A stretch of 64,000 nucleotides of DNA from Antedon mediterranea (GCF_964355755.1 NC_092672.1:33238437-33302436); one strand, 5' to 3'; positions 41,001 through 54,148 are shown, counted from the first letter of the stretch. Notes: a model not told the origin generated them from the letters alone. Translations and numbers: made by a program.

Positions 41001-44000
41001 AGGCCCTACCTGTCACCATAACAGTCCTAATGTCAGCCTCTCTCAGCTGATTAATGACCTGTGTGGACTGCGGTTTCAGCATATTTTGTAGAATCAACAG
41101 GCCTAGGAATGTCAAGTCATTTTCCACCTCTGATCTGTTAAAGATTATCATTTTAGCATTTAGTCATCATAATCATATTTTAATAGTTTATTTTTTGTAG
41201 GCCTTATTTAATATTTTTGGGTTTACAGTAAAATAATAATAATAACAACCATACCTTGGTAATTTCTGAATGCGACGCCAAGACACTTTCTGACTAAGAG
41301 GGCGCCATGCAAGAGCAATTACACGAAGACCCTTTTGAGTGTAACTTTGTAATGTTGAATGGAAGTCCATAGGAACTAAAAATAACATATAAAAAAACGA
41401 TTTAAACAATTTTTCAAGAATATTTGTAATGATTATTCTCAACAAAACTTTTGGAGTAAAACAATTGGAGTAAAAAAAAAGTACACAAATTTACAGGAAA
41501 CGAAGTAAAACAAACCTGTTTGTTTATTGCACAGTGAAGCAATCATTTCGGGGGCGCCCTTCACGTAAACGTCCATGTTTTTCGCACCAAGTGTTCGAGT
41601 GATAACACTCATTCTTTGAAGGTTGGATGAAAACGGGAACTGTCGTACTATTCCGATTTCATAAGGCAACTGTAAAATTAAGAAATACTGTGTAACGATA
41701 ACAATTCATTTAAATGTAAAATTTTGACAGAAGAAACCACTGTCAACTTCACATTAAACTCCATATATGGACATGATGATGTCATATCACTACCATATTT
41801 GGGTATATCTCTACCATATTTGTGCACATCACACTTTTTTTTGTCAAACTAATTTGATAGTGTAGACAGAGCTTAATACTACATTGAAGATTTGAGGGAT
41901 GAACAAAAAAAACTGTACCTGCTCTGTATTCGGCTGTAGATACGTTTCAGTTGTGGTTGGCTTGACAACGGTAGGCATCATGTTACCATATTTGGTTGTA
42001 TCGTCCTGACCCTGCTCCTCTAAGATCTGCAAAGAGTTATAAAGACAAGAAATTATTTAATAACTGCATTTTTGTGTACACCTGAATAGGAAGGAACCTA
42101 AACATTTTAGTCATAACATGGGTGTCAATCTCAGACATCCCAACTGAAATATTGAGAGGATTTTTAAAAGCATGTCAAAACTATGATTTCAGATGTTCTG
42201 CTGTGGCAACTAAAACATGGATTGCAAAAAAAGGAAGGCCAGTGCTCACATACATTGATGTACTGGAGACGAATACTGGCAAGCAGAGAGAGGAACGGAC
42301 TGTCACAATGGCAGATAGGAAATTATGGAGGAATCTAGTCATATAAGTTTGGATATGTAAAGTAAGTAAGAAAAACTATAGAGGGCGCAATGATATTTTG
42401 AAAATTACCTCAAATTAATTAAGGTGCTATATAAAGAATGTAGGGATGTTGGCATCTTTAATAGTGAACATGGGTATTTCACAGCATACCAACGGCAGAA
42501 AATGTCGAGAATATTGTATTTAGCATGAGAGTGGAAAATGACATGAAATATCGGGAGACTATCGCCATTATCTGGAGAGTTGGGAAGCAGTGGTGGCACC
42601 AGCGGGGGGGGGGGGGGGGGGGGGCTACGGGGACTGTAGCCCCCTCGTCGGGGAGCCTAGCCCCCACGTCGGGGAACGCGAGTACTTTTCGTCGGGGAAT
42701 ATAATATAAAGTAAAAATCATTCGCGTTCACTTCGTAGCTTCAGCGACCAGAAAATCGCGAAGTTCCATTTTTGTTAAGTACGTCGGAGGGCTATTACAC
42801 TTTATTATGCATGCATTATTGCCAGCGATCTAAAAAACAATAGGTATGCACTTGTCTGGCGGTGTCCCTTTGTACGAATCGTTTAACATTGGGCCCGGCC
42901 CATTGCGGTTTTACGAGTGATATCATGTTCCACCCAGGGACCAGAATGTGTACTGTAGTTACTTTCCAGGCGAAGTTTACTGACGCGTTACGTCGTGTAC
43001 TGTGTATCGACAGCAAAAGGGTATGAATTATCTTCGCGATCTATTTTATTGTTCGTATGTTCAATTTTTTTATTTACGATTACCGTGGGGTACCTGAACC
43101 TGAAATAGACGTTTTTTTCACTGTAAGCTCGGCCTACATTACTAAACAAAAAACATGCCATTTTAGTTTAGCCAACATCTTATTATAGCTAAGTTATTAC
43201 ATTTCCAATGTCTTGTATGTCATGAACTGCTCGTACATCGAAATTCCAGATTCACATCTGGGAAATAAACTGATTTCCCCGACAGAAAATGGTCTACGCT
43301 TGTGGACGCATTCCCCTCCAAATAAAAGGTAAAAAGGGTAACTTGTTTAGGCCTCTATGTCTGAATTATTTTTTAAGTATAGGTGTAATTTTTGAAGACC
43401 TGCATCTCTAGTTTTCAAAATTGTCTTAGCTCAACCGTCCCCAATTATAGAGCTGGTGGTCATGTATACTTACCGTACATTTTGTTTCATATTTCGATGT
43501 ACAATATACAGTCAGTGCATTGAACCTAGAGCTCTATTTTTTTTTTATATCCATGATGGTAGGGCTGGTTCTGGAGACGTACCGGTATATATCTTGTTTT
43601 ATGCTTCGAAGTATAAGTTAAATTTCCGGGACCTAGCAACTCTATTTTTCAGAATGTTCTTAGCTCCACCCCAACCATGGTGGGCTGGACCTATAATTTT
43701 GTTTCATATTTCAATGTTTTGCAGGAACCTAGCAGCTCTATTTTTGACAATTTTCTTAGCCCTAATGGTAGGGCTGGTCCTGGAGCCTTATATATTTTGT
43801 TTCTTTTTTTCGAAATACTATAATCCAATATCCGGGGACCTAACAACTCTCAACCTCGGTGGGCTTGTTCTCTGATAGACTTGTAATTTCGTTTTTATAT
43901 CAATGTATAATTGCAATTTCCGGGGACCTAGCAGCTTTATTTTTCAAAATTTTCTTACAGATCAGACTATGGATATCTCGCGCATTTACAATTTTCCCAC

Positions 44001-47000
44001 CCCCAGACAGCAACCTGCCTACGTCTCTGCGATTATAACGATATACCTCTTAGCCCGTGGGTAGGTTTTACGTTCGCATATATTTTCTATGATAGGCATA
44101 TTGAACTTTAAAAACTTCCTTTTTAAATTTGAAAGAATGGATTTACACGGTCATCGTACCGGACCTCTTGCAATGTGTTTTTCACACAGTATTTTAATTA
44201 TGTACCATACAAAATTGAAAAAATTGGCTACCCTAAATCTGATTAAAACGGCCTCAAATTACGCTATAACGCGTTGCTTCCGGGGCTCCCCCTGGACCCC
44301 CACCAGGGGCCCTTGGCGGGTCCCCCTCAGCCAAGTGATGCTCGCTTCATTTGAATAGGCCCCCCCCCCCTGTCGGGAAATTTAGCCCCCGCGTCAGAAA
44401 GATCTTGGCGCCACCCTTGTTGGGAAGTCTACAATCTGTTCTATGAATGACACTTACCCATTTTGTTGCTTCAAACATTTTCAAATCTAAAGGATCTCCA
44501 GTGATTTGACCCTCTATGATGGTCAAAGAATGACAGGCTGCCATACATGCAAGGAAGGGGCCACGAGGCAGTTCATCAGCATGCTGAATAAGTGGCAGGA
44601 AGTGATCATCTTGCAGTGGCACTACACCGAGCATATCCAGCCCATCTTCTGTCAGTGTTCCGGTCTTAAAAAAATACATATTTATATTCTAAATCGTAAT
44701 AAAGAATAAACAATAAAAAAATATGCAAATGACAGAAGCATTTATCCTTTTCTGCGACAGTGCTGGACAATTCACCAACAGAAAAAGTTATACGGTGACC
44801 TTACGACCCAAAAACGATTACCACACATGTATCTAATTGTAGATTTGCAGTTATTATTAATAACAAGCTTTTAACTGTTAAATTATGACAAAAGGAGCAT
44901 AGAAAAATTTCTTTAATTGAACAAATGAAAGATAAATGAGCACTGTTTAGTGAACATGAAGGGACCCTTAGGCTCTGTCTACATTATCAAATATGTATAT
45001 GACAACAAAATGTGATGTGCCCATATATGGACGTGATAATGTCATATCACTACCATATTTAAGCATATCACCACAATAGTTAGGCACATTGACACTTTTT
45101 TTGTCAAACTAGTTTGATAGTGTAGACAGAGCTTTTGGAGAGGAGAAATTGAATCCAATTTAGCACAGTTAGGCTGCCAGACACAGGTTACTCACAAACC
45201 TTATCAAAACATATGAGCTTCAACTTTCCACACATGTTAATTCTCTGAGGACTAATACAGAAGATACCAGCCTTCTTCAAGCGTGACTGTGCATAGATGG
45301 TACCAACCGTCATAGCAGCTGGTAGTGCTGGTGGAACAGCTATGGTGATCACATCCAGTGCCTTGTAGATAATGTCCTTTACATGGGCCTAGGAAACGAA
45401 TGGAAATACACTGCTAAATAGTACAATACATACTTCCCTGGATTGGACTACCCTGAATTGGACTACCCTGGATTGGACTACCCTGGATTGGACTACAGCA
45501 GTGGATTGGACTACAGTAGTGGATTGGACTACCCTGGATTGAACTACAGTAGTGGATTGAACTACAGTAGTGGATTGGACTACCCTGGATTGAACTACCC
45601 TGGATTGGACTATCCTGGATTAAACTATTCTGGATTAAACTATCCTGGATTGGACTACCCTTGATTGGACTACCGTAGATTGGACTAAACTAGATCCTCC
45701 TGTATAAATAAATAAAAGAATATATTATTTACATTATTTTTCAACAGAACTGGAATTGAATACAAGAGACCAACGATTGCTAGGCATCCCAGCACCATGA
45801 CAAAGCGTATAGAATCTTTGTAGAACTTGAATCCAATGTTCTTAGGGTAGAGGATCGAACGAACTAACTCCCCTTTAGCAGTCTCAAAACCTATATTTAG
45901 AAAAATAATAAAAAAGTATGCGTACGTTAATGTATTTCATAATGTTGACAAATTTTGTTATAAGTGCAACTCTTTCATGGTTGGTGGTTATTAACAATAA
46001 CAATAATTTTCTCTGCTTTTTAGTAAGCTACAACATGGTGGGACCATTGCTAAGCTTAAAATTATATAATATCACTATTTATAATAGTACCTACTGTACA
46101 AAAGATTGTCCACTTAATATAAGGACTTCCCAATGATATGACAATTTTTTTCTTACCTGTTCTAGAAACAATAGCACACACCTTTTCTCCACCATAGTAC
46201 CTGGTCTGTATCAACTGTGTACCACAGAATAAGGTGTGACGTTTATGTACGTCTGGTGAGTAAGGAATATTACAACCCGGTGGGTTAGGTAGTGGTGTCT
46301 TGGTAACAGGAACGCTTTCACCTACAATTATAGTATAAATCTCTAGGTTTATATAAATAAGGTTCTACTACATTAATTAATAATAGTACACAAGAAATTC
46401 TTGTTAGAGTTGTGTGGGTTATAGATAAGGGACTGTAATCGTAACCATTTAGGCTTTAGAATAAGATTTTACAACTTAAATACTCGGAAAATTTCATCTG
46501 GTTTCAAAATATTATCATTAATATTGTATAAAAAATTTAACCTAAGTTTACCTATTTAAATGAGTACCACTTAAGGGAAATTTGTAGTATTTAAGGGAAC
46601 TATTTCACATAGGTGGATTGGTGAATCAATACAAGTCTGGCTATGGAATTGAGAATGCATTGAATACAGTGAGATGCATAGCAAAATAGGCAGTGAGATG
46701 CATAGCAACATAGGCAGTGAGATGCATAGCAATATAGGCAGTGACACGGTACCATGACATCAGAGTACAGTACTACTCTACATATGGAATGCATACAAAC
46801 ATATTCTACTTAGTAGACAACCAATCACAAAGCTTGTCTGTACCTGTGAGCATACTCTCATTGACTATACAGTTGCCAGCTACAAGCACTGCATCACAGC
46901 TCATCATACAGCCATTAGGAGGGATCAGTAACAGGTCACCGGGAACTAACTCTCTACTATTAATCTCTGAAACAACTGAAAGATGGAATATATTAATAGA

Positions 47001-50000
47001 AATAGTCACAGATTATAAAAAAAATATTATATATTATATAATCTTTCAGTCATGGTTGATAGAATTAAAGATGTATTGTATCATGAAAACATTTTTTATT
47101 AAAATGTTTTTTTGGGGGACAATACATCTTTAAGTTTACTGCCTACACAAACTATGATGGGTCCAAAGGTGTCCCCTTAACACTTTGACTGCCAAACACA
47201 AAGATCTTCGTGTTTGGAAACACAACGCTTGACTGCCAAACACGAAGATCTTCGTGTTTCGGGTTTTGTTTACGAAATCCGGTAGATAGGTCAATTATTG
47301 GTATATACTATAAATATGGAAACTATATTTGGTCTGGACCGTCAATATTTTACTATTTGAAAGTAACTAATCTGGTTACGAACGACTGTCAAAATGGTAC
47401 CCGTCGAAATAACATACACCGCGCATCACAGTAGCACGTAGAGTGATGGCTTGGCGCATTGTGTATCGGTCGCGCGCTAGCTATGCCGCCGAAGCATTAC
47501 AAAGGTTTTTGTGGATTGGCATGTTTGTTTGTTATGTGAATAAAAAATAATGGAGTCATTTTTAATATGAAGTCTTTAATTTTATTATTGTATGTATACC
47601 CTAATTGTTTTGGTGTTGTACTGTAAGTGACCGAGTTTCACGCAACAAACTTGTTTGGAAATGGTGAAGATATTATCAATAGTTTACTAGCTGGGCTAGT
47701 AGTATTAGGCTAGCCTAGGCCTAGGGCTAGTCGTAAAACGGTTCCGGACCAACTTTAGGCCTGGTTAACTAGGCCTGGTGTCTTTACTATGTGGATTTTG
47801 GCGAAACATTGATGTAAGATTTATGATTTATAAAATGCAATACATTTTTCGAAAGTGATAACTTGTTTTTATAGGCCTATCGGTGCCGTGTAAGTAAACT
47901 TTTTCGTTGTTTGTTGATCTCACCGGACGATATTTTCATATTGTGATGTCTTGCACAAAATCGCGAATATCTCGAAACTACGAAAAACTAAAAAAGTGGG
48001 TTACTTTTATTTTACTATTACAATTTACATATTGCGATTTGAAAATCGTTCTTGGTACCATTGTTAAGCTAAAATCTTTATGATTATTTTAGTCTAAATT
48101 ACATGTAAATCAGATCACATACATAGTTCCAATCAGCTTAAATAAAAACATCGAATTGGGCTATTAACGCTGGCGGTGGCAGTTTCTAACTGGAAAAACC
48201 TCTGGCAGTCAAAGTGTTAATAGAGGTTCTACTGTTTTTTCCTCTACTGTATCAATTACTGAATCAAACTAAAGTATGAATTCATAAAGTATAAAAAAGG
48301 TTTATAGTACATATTGGAACTTACCATTTGACCTTTTAACTGTAACGATGCTATTCTGGGCCACCATGTCCCGCAATGTTACAGCTTGCTGTAGAAAATA
48401 AATGAAATAAATAAGACAATTTCAGACTTTTATCTCTGAAAATTAATCTTTCTTTTAACTGGACATTGTGAGTTAGCAAAGAGTCAACAGTATTTTTATT
48501 AATTTATTTATTTGTTATTTTTGTAAATAATATTTTATGAGGGTATATAAAATTCATTTTATTTAAAATATTTAGTATGTCCTTATGTGTTTTGTATTAA
48601 TGAAAGATCTCACAATGAAACAGGCTGTATAGTAATAGCAATTTACATTAATAATTCAGTACCCACCTTATGTGTTTCGTAGAGTGAGATAATTAGAGAT
48701 ATCACAGATATGACAATGATACAGACTGCATAGTAATAGCAATTTACATTAATAATTCAGTACCTACCTTATGTGTTTCATAGAGTGAGATAATAAGAGA
48801 TATCACAGATATGACAATGATACAGACTGCATAGTAATAGCAATTTACATTAATAATTCAGTACCTACCTTATGTGTTTCGTAGAGTGAGATAATTAGAG
48901 ATATCACAGATATGACAATGATACAGACTGCATAGTAATAGTATACCTCAAGGAACCAAAGAATTACACTAAAGATTTGAAATATGTAAAATGGATTCAA
49001 CACCTGAAAAAAAATTTAATAAAAATGTATCTAAAAGTTGAAACTATACAAGAATAAAAATTTTATGTGTTAATCGTTCACCTTTTGAAAATAGGAAACA
49101 GGATTAATAATTAAAGGTGTATTGTCCCCCAAAAACATAAAAAATGAAGGTTATTTTGTAGTTTTAATAAAGTTAATCACTTCCGTAGAAAAAAAAATAA
49201 AAAAATTAATGTTTTCACTTATAAAATGACAAAATAAATGGTTACCTTCAACTATCCATTGGCTGGAAGCCAATTTGCCTACCTTTTTGCTTTCAATTAC
49301 AGTTTTTTTCAGGTAAATACATTTTTTTTCTATCTAATTTTTGGCCAAAGTGGATAACTATTATGCGACATTAAAATGGCATATTCTAGAAAAAAATTGT
49401 TAATAATTAGTTTTTCAGGGGGACAATACATCTTTACCTATTATGAATTGGAATAGTTGTGTATTGACGCCTCATATAAGATTAAATTAAAAAAAACATG
49501 TGTTAAAAGTTAATAATTTAAATAATGAATACCTCCTCTATTAATAGTTTTCCATAGCTTTTAACTTCAACATCAATATCATTATAGCCATACACAAGTT
49601 GCCTAGGAAAAAAAAAGTATAGCAAAACAGAGTGTTAGCATCACTAGAGGTGGAGGAAGGGTGGAGGTGGGACTAGTATATGGATTGACAGATTATGAAG
49701 AGAGGGCTAAAACATTCAGATTTATGTCTTTATGTTACAGTATTAGACACAATTGCCAAGATAATTCGACTTTTTTGTTTAACTTTTCCTGATACAATCC
49801 ATAATAGGACAAAAATACACAGATTCTATCATAAAAATTCTCTACATAAACAAATTCAAACAAGTATTAGGGTTTAAGTGGTTTTCAGTGCAGGTTCACC
49901 ATTATAAACTTACTACTGGAGAAGTAAACAAATTCAAATGTTAATTTTATGACGCATTAAGATAATTGATGACTGAAAATAGCACAGAAGCATCACAATG

Positions 50001-53000
50001 CCATCTGTTTTATTATTACCCAGGTGCTTATAAATGAATATGAAAATTCAAAACAACAGAGATTGTTACAAACACTTTAAGCTCTGTCTACACTATCAAA
50101 CTAGTTTTACAAAAAAATGTATGTGCCCAAATATGGTAGTGGTATGCCCACATATGGTAGTGATATGACATCACCATGTCCATATATGGGCACATCATAT
50201 TTTTCGTTACATAAAGTTTGATAGTGTAGACAGAGCTCAAAAGCAAGGCTTTCCTTTCTTTCCCTACTAGTAAAGGAGGTTTAAAGTTTTATATTATGAA
50301 ATAGTTTGATAGTGTAGACAGAGATTTACTTGTTATTCTGTTCATTATTGTTAATTCCATTTGAGTCGGTGTAGAAACTAGAACATGGCGTGTCAACGTC
50401 AAAGGCACTTAGTCGTTCAAAATCTTCTTTAAAATTATTCCATATATATTTCACTTTCTGGTGCACAAAATATACCATGTGATCAGTCAACTAAAAGAAA
50501 AAGTAAATTCAGTATTGTTTTTATATATATATTTTTGTTTATATATATTTAGGCAAATTGCCAAGGATAACCATAAGCAAATTCATTTCACTATCCTTCT
50601 TAAAGGTAGCAATCCTGTTCACAAGACAAACATATGCAAGATACTCTACATAAACAAGATGGCGTGTCTGTCGGTAACAATAGAAAAGTCTCATTTGGGT
50701 TCAAACGTTTGCGAAAACTGATACCAATTTATATTTTCTTATTACAAGTCTTTGGGAGTGGAGTTATAATTGTCAATTAGAAACTGGTATGACTTGAACC
50801 CAGGACCCTGGGATTTGCGGCCAAGCATCATAACCACCAAGTCACAACTCCACTCCAAGATATGGGTATAGATTAGATGCAGTAATGTACACATGTAGCA
50901 ATTTAAGTGTTTGCCTTTTAAATTCATGACATTGAGAGCAGTTTTGCTTTGATGACCTTGGATTGGATTGTGTAGATCAACAGACTGACATTGCTAGTTT
51001 TGTAACGGCTTTTCTAACAACAATATTTCCTGTATGTGCTTATGCAGAATGCTGCAAATCAACCATTTTACATGGCAAAATGCCAATACATTACAGTATA
51101 TTCTTCCTTTCTTTACGTGTTTTTCTTTGTTTGTTTAATTAAAAATGTTTGGCTGAATTGTACTGTATACAGTAGATACTGTACGAAAAGAACAAACAAT
51201 GCAAACAATTTAATAACATACCATCTGTTGCTCTAGACTGCATTGAGCCAAGTATTTTGCTCGATTTTCAAACGTTTTTATGTGGTGTGTATTTGTAAGG
51301 TTTGAAAATGCAACAGTATATTGAATTTCACTTCAATAGTATAGTATACAACAAAATCAATTTCTATCATTTTATTGGATAATTGTGGGTCACATGGCGT
51401 GCAATAGTACATTCGATGTATACTGTGCTACTGTAGATAATACAGTACTGTATGCCCAGCGAAAAATGTTAAAAGTGTGCAATAAAACTAATTAAGCTGT
51501 ATTTTGTGTCTAGAAATATGTTTTGTGTAGTGTTTTTTGATATACTGTACAATTTTATAAATGTGTTCAGTACTTTCTGTAGCTGCAGTAAAGCTTGGTT
51601 CCCATTAGAACGTAACGCAATAAACGTAAACGCAAGCGTTTTAACCAATGACAAGTGAAGTTATAGACAGTTACTTAGCAATCACAAGCGAATAAGCCAT
51701 CGCTTGTGATTGGTCAATTCACTTGCGTTGTGTTACGTCCTTGCGTTGCGTCGCTAGTGGGAACCACGCTTAAGGTACTAGTTTATAGGTTTTTGCTATG
51801 CTACACTGGTGAATTTATTCCATGTTCCCAGCTGTAATTTTAAGGGTGATCCAATTCTTTTACCTGAAGAAAATATTTCACAGTATGTCCAGTACATTAC
51901 CTGTTTCTCTAAAACCTCATTAATAAGTAAATTAGTCTCCTGGTAGGTAATGTCATTATCCGAATATGAGCTGCTTGTGTTATGTTCAGTAGAGGCAAGA
52001 TATGGGTCTCCACCAGGCCCAATGTCTTGATTGTTAAAATCCTTTGTAGGCCTGAAACATATTTAAAATAATACTGTAATAATTTATCTTGATTGGCTGT
52101 TAATTATAAATCCATCGATGTCCCAATTTTGCATATAGTGGATTTTATTTAAAGAGATTACTGATCTTCATTACCTTATCTGGTGAATGTAAGTTTCCAA
52201 ACTATCTTTCAGTGAAATGGTTTTGACTTCTGCTGGAAAAACTTGATAAAATTTATCCTAAAAGAATATACAATTGAATAATTAAATGTATTCAATGTAA
52301 TCGGACATATAAAAAACTATATTGCACTGAGGAAGCGCTAGCGTTAAACTCGTTTAAACTAGTTTGACAAAAAAAGTGTGATGTGCTAAAATATGGTGGT
52401 GACATCACATAAAGTTTGATAGTGTAGACAGAGCTTTGCACAAAAGCTCTGCAATTTATTTCTGGTATGTTTTACTTTATCATTTTTACTTAGCTTCTCC
52501 ATTGAGATCTAGCCACTGAGAACCACAGCATTGTCATTTTTTTCAGGTGCTTATTTTATTGTATCTCTATTGAGAAGAGATCCAACCACTGATACCCATG
52601 CTTAATTGGAATTTTTTTAGTGCATTTTTAATTTGTATCTCCATTGATATACAACCACTGATACGCGACAGCATTGTCATTTTTTTTCATTCCTTATTTT
52701 ATTTGTATCTCCATTGAGATCCAGCCACTGATACGTGACACCATTGTCATTTTGTCAGTGCTTGTTTTATTTCTATCTCCATTGAGATCCAGCCACTGAC
52801 AGCATTGTCATTTTGTATCAGTGCTTGTTTTATTGTATCTCCATTGAGATCCAGCCACTGACAGCATTGTCATTTTGTATCAGTGCTTGTTTTATTTGTA
52901 TCTCTATTGATATCTAGCCGGCCACTGTATCCACAGCATTGTCATTTTTTCAATAATTTGACTTGTGATTAATAAATAAATAAATATATAATATCAATTA

Positions 53001-53778
53001 AATATTTAATCTTACATGAAGTAACACTACTTGTGCATCTTTAAGCGAGCACTGCGAACACATAAAAAGCACACGCCAATCATTCCTCCAGTAGAAGACT
53101 AGCTGTAGCCCACCCAGAGTCACAACACTGAGCACCACAGAGAGTAGCCATCTCCCTTGAGTCAGGCGGTAGCCTCTACACTCCTGCAAAGAGTAGCATA
53201 ATATATTTAAATTAATTTACAGTAGAACGTCTATAAATGCTAGGAAATGAATAATTTTTGTTTGTTTTATTTTACTTTGCAACTTTTTGATATGGTTTAT
53301 TCTTCATATTTCTGTATATTTGTTAGATGTTTAATTTTATTTTCTGTTAATAATAATATTTACTTAATTTTTTGTTAGAGTGCTGTAAAGCTCAGTCTAC
53401 ACTATCAAACTAGTTTGACAAAAAAGTGTCATGCCCAAATGGTAGTGATATTCCCAAATATGGTAGTGACTATTGGAAGACCCTCAACATGACGCTTGGC
53501 ATTTGTTATTAATGTGTTATCGGACGTTCTTAATTGCATGGTAACTCTACACTATCAAACTTTAAGTGACAACAAAATATGTCCCCAAAATATGGACATG
53601 ATGACATCATTTCACTACTTCTTTGACTATATTTGGGCACATCACACTTTTCTTAGTCAAACTAGTTTGATATAACAGTGTAGACAGAGCTTATGAGAGT
53701 AACTTATTACCATTTGAAATTCCTTACCAATTCTTCTTCACATCCTATATTCAGAACAGTCTTATGTTGTTCACCCAT
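32049..53778 (-). CDS. ATP13A3: P5B-type ATPase (ATP13A3/ATP13A2-like polyamine-transporting ATPase), 27 coding exons, about 1193 aa
   Basis: Exons: 53728-53778, 53016-53183, 52175-52257, 51901-52051, 50330-50490, 49533-49602, 48869-49003, 48325-48388, 46844-46975, 46157-46321, 45733-45890, 45200-45388, 44458-44664, 41919-42026, 41516-41669, 41255-41375, 41010-41134, 39802-39983, 39438-39548, 38972-39051, 38721-38873, 38219-38315, 36327-36399, 34581-34731, 33996-34147, 32791-32975, 32049-32204 (sum 3582 nt, in frame). Motifs: [15 protein letters not shown]5B-specific PPALP, DKTGT, KGAPE, TGDN, GDGAND, C-terminal DPDWPP. Confidence 0.95.
32500..32679. mobile_element. MITE family B, full copy with TTA target duplication
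   Basis: tta|AGCGTGGTTCCCACTAG ... CTAGTGGGAACCAAGCT|tta; near-identical inverted copy at 51592-51771. Confidence 0.85.
33552..33969 (+). mobile_element. Family-A MITE composite carrying a captured ATPase exon
   Basis: Left TIR 33552-33575, exon-plus-intron copy 33584-33804, full MITE 33805-33969. Confidence 0.85.
33584..33735 (+). pseudogene. Inverted duplicate (pseudo-exon) of the ATPase GDGAND exon 38721-38873
   Basis: Matches the reverse complement of 38721-38872 with three substitutions seen; lacks the splice acceptor. Confidence 0.93.
34921..35136 (-). mobile_element. tRNA-derived SINE (same family as 2165-2385)
   Basis: High similarity over head, body and tail. Confidence 0.8.
35776..36149. 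mobile_element. MITE with about 35-bp TIRs
   Basis: AGCTGATTTTCCACTAGGCGAATTTGTTCGCGC ... GCGCGAACAAATTCGCCTAGTGGAAAATCGGCT. Confidence 0.85.
36493..38170. mobile_element. Non-autonomous Kolobok-like DNA transposon (1.68 kb)
   Basis: ttaa|AGATGTATTGTCCCTT ... AAGGGACAATACATCT|ttaa. Shorter relatives at 47065-47132 and 49111-49437; an end fragment at 60848-61230. Confidence 0.85.
38493..38651. mobile_element. MITE family A copy 70 bp downstream of the GDGAND exon donor
   Basis: TIRs at both ends; likely source of the captured segment. Confidence 0.8.
42100..42372 (+). mobile_element. RTE-clade LINE 3' fragment
   Basis: ORF end [18 protein letters not shown]...[11 protein letters not shown] resembles the RTE C-terminus (GRP...DR..WR); followed by a (TAAG)n tail. 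Confidence 0.7.
42588..44419. mobile_element. Non-autonomous hAT-like DNA transposon (1.83 kb)
   Basis: Perfect 8-bp TSD TTGGGAAG (42580-42587 and 44420-44427); short imperfect TIRs CAGTGGTGGCACCA / TGGCGCCACCCTTG; internal GGACCTAGCAGCTCTATTTT repeats. Confidence 0.85.
44970..45134. mobile_element. MITE family A, full copy
   Basis: Both TIRs present. Confidence 0.8.
45436..45690. repeat. 15/18-bp minisatellite filling most of an intron
   Basis: Units ggattggactaccct and ggattggactacagtagt. Confidence 0.9.
46666..46745. repeat. 24-bp tandem repeat (about 3 copies)
   Basis: cagtgagatgcatagcaa(a/c/t)atagg. Confidence 0.85.
47181..48216. mobile_element. Non-autonomous piggyBac-like element (1.04 kb)
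   Basis: ttaa|CACTTTGACTGCCA ... TGGCAGTCAAAGTG|ttaa, with a duplicated subterminal TGACTGCCAAACAC.AAGATCTTCGTGTTT. Confidence 0.88.
48629..48938. repeat. 101-bp tandem triplication spanning an exon 3' half and its splice donor
   Basis: Three near-identical units with donors at 48869, 48768 and 48667. Confidence 0.92.
50079..50325. mobile_element. MITE family A full copy, 60-bp spacer and extra solo TIR abutting a splice donor
   Basis: TIRs at 50079, 50215-50238 and 50301-50325. Confidence 0.75.
50548..50856 (-). mobile_element. tRNA-derived SINE, variant with an alternative 3' tail
   Basis: Same head as 2165-2385; tail GGTTATCCTTGGCAATTTGCCTAAATA. Confidence 0.65.
51592..51771. mobile_element. 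MITE family B, full copy
   Basis: AGCTTGGTTCCCATTAG ... CTAGTGGGAACCACGCT. Confidence 0.85.
52490..52950. repeat. About 60-bp minisatellite (7-8 copies)
   Basis: Unit tgtatctccattgagatccagccactgacagcattgtcattttgtatcagtgcttgttttat. Confidence 0.88.
53388..53692. mobile_element. Family-A MITE composite with a 75-bp foreign insert
   Basis: Left TIR and partial body, unrelated 53470-53545, then a second TIR-bounded body. Confidence 0.7.
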
Positions 53779-54148
53779 TATACTAGATTGTTTTATGCCT
53801 TTGTGTGTTATCTGAAATATAAATCTTATCTTGCAAAATGAATGAAAATTTTAAAATTAGAGGTTAGCAATTTTTGTCAGGTTTAGAAAGCATGCTCATA
53901 AAAGATAGTTTGGATTTATTATGACCGCAAATAGTCAACCGTGTAGGCCTAACACTAACACATGGAAATAAAGTTTTGGCTAGGTTAGCCTTCTGTCTGG
54001 CCCTGGCTGATAGAGTTCGCTATCCATAGAGTTCTAGGCTTAGCCTACCTGCTAGGGCCTAGGCCTTTCAGGCCATGCCTTGACAGTGACACACACAGCA
54101 GTGTCATCTTTTGTTATGGTTTATACATTTAAATCATTATTTACCTAC

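Noticed and set aside
45443-45664. (LDYPG)n repeat protein
   Set aside because: Intronic minisatellite between two in-phase ATPase exons on the opposite strand.
36493-48216. Autonomous transposases in the Kolobok-, hAT- or piggyBac-like elements
   Set aside because: No long ORFs or recognisable DDE motifs; elements are under 2 kb.
51864-51900. Extension of the exon to a downstream donor at 51864
   Set aside because: It would be phase 1, incompatible with the phase-0 acceptor at 50490.
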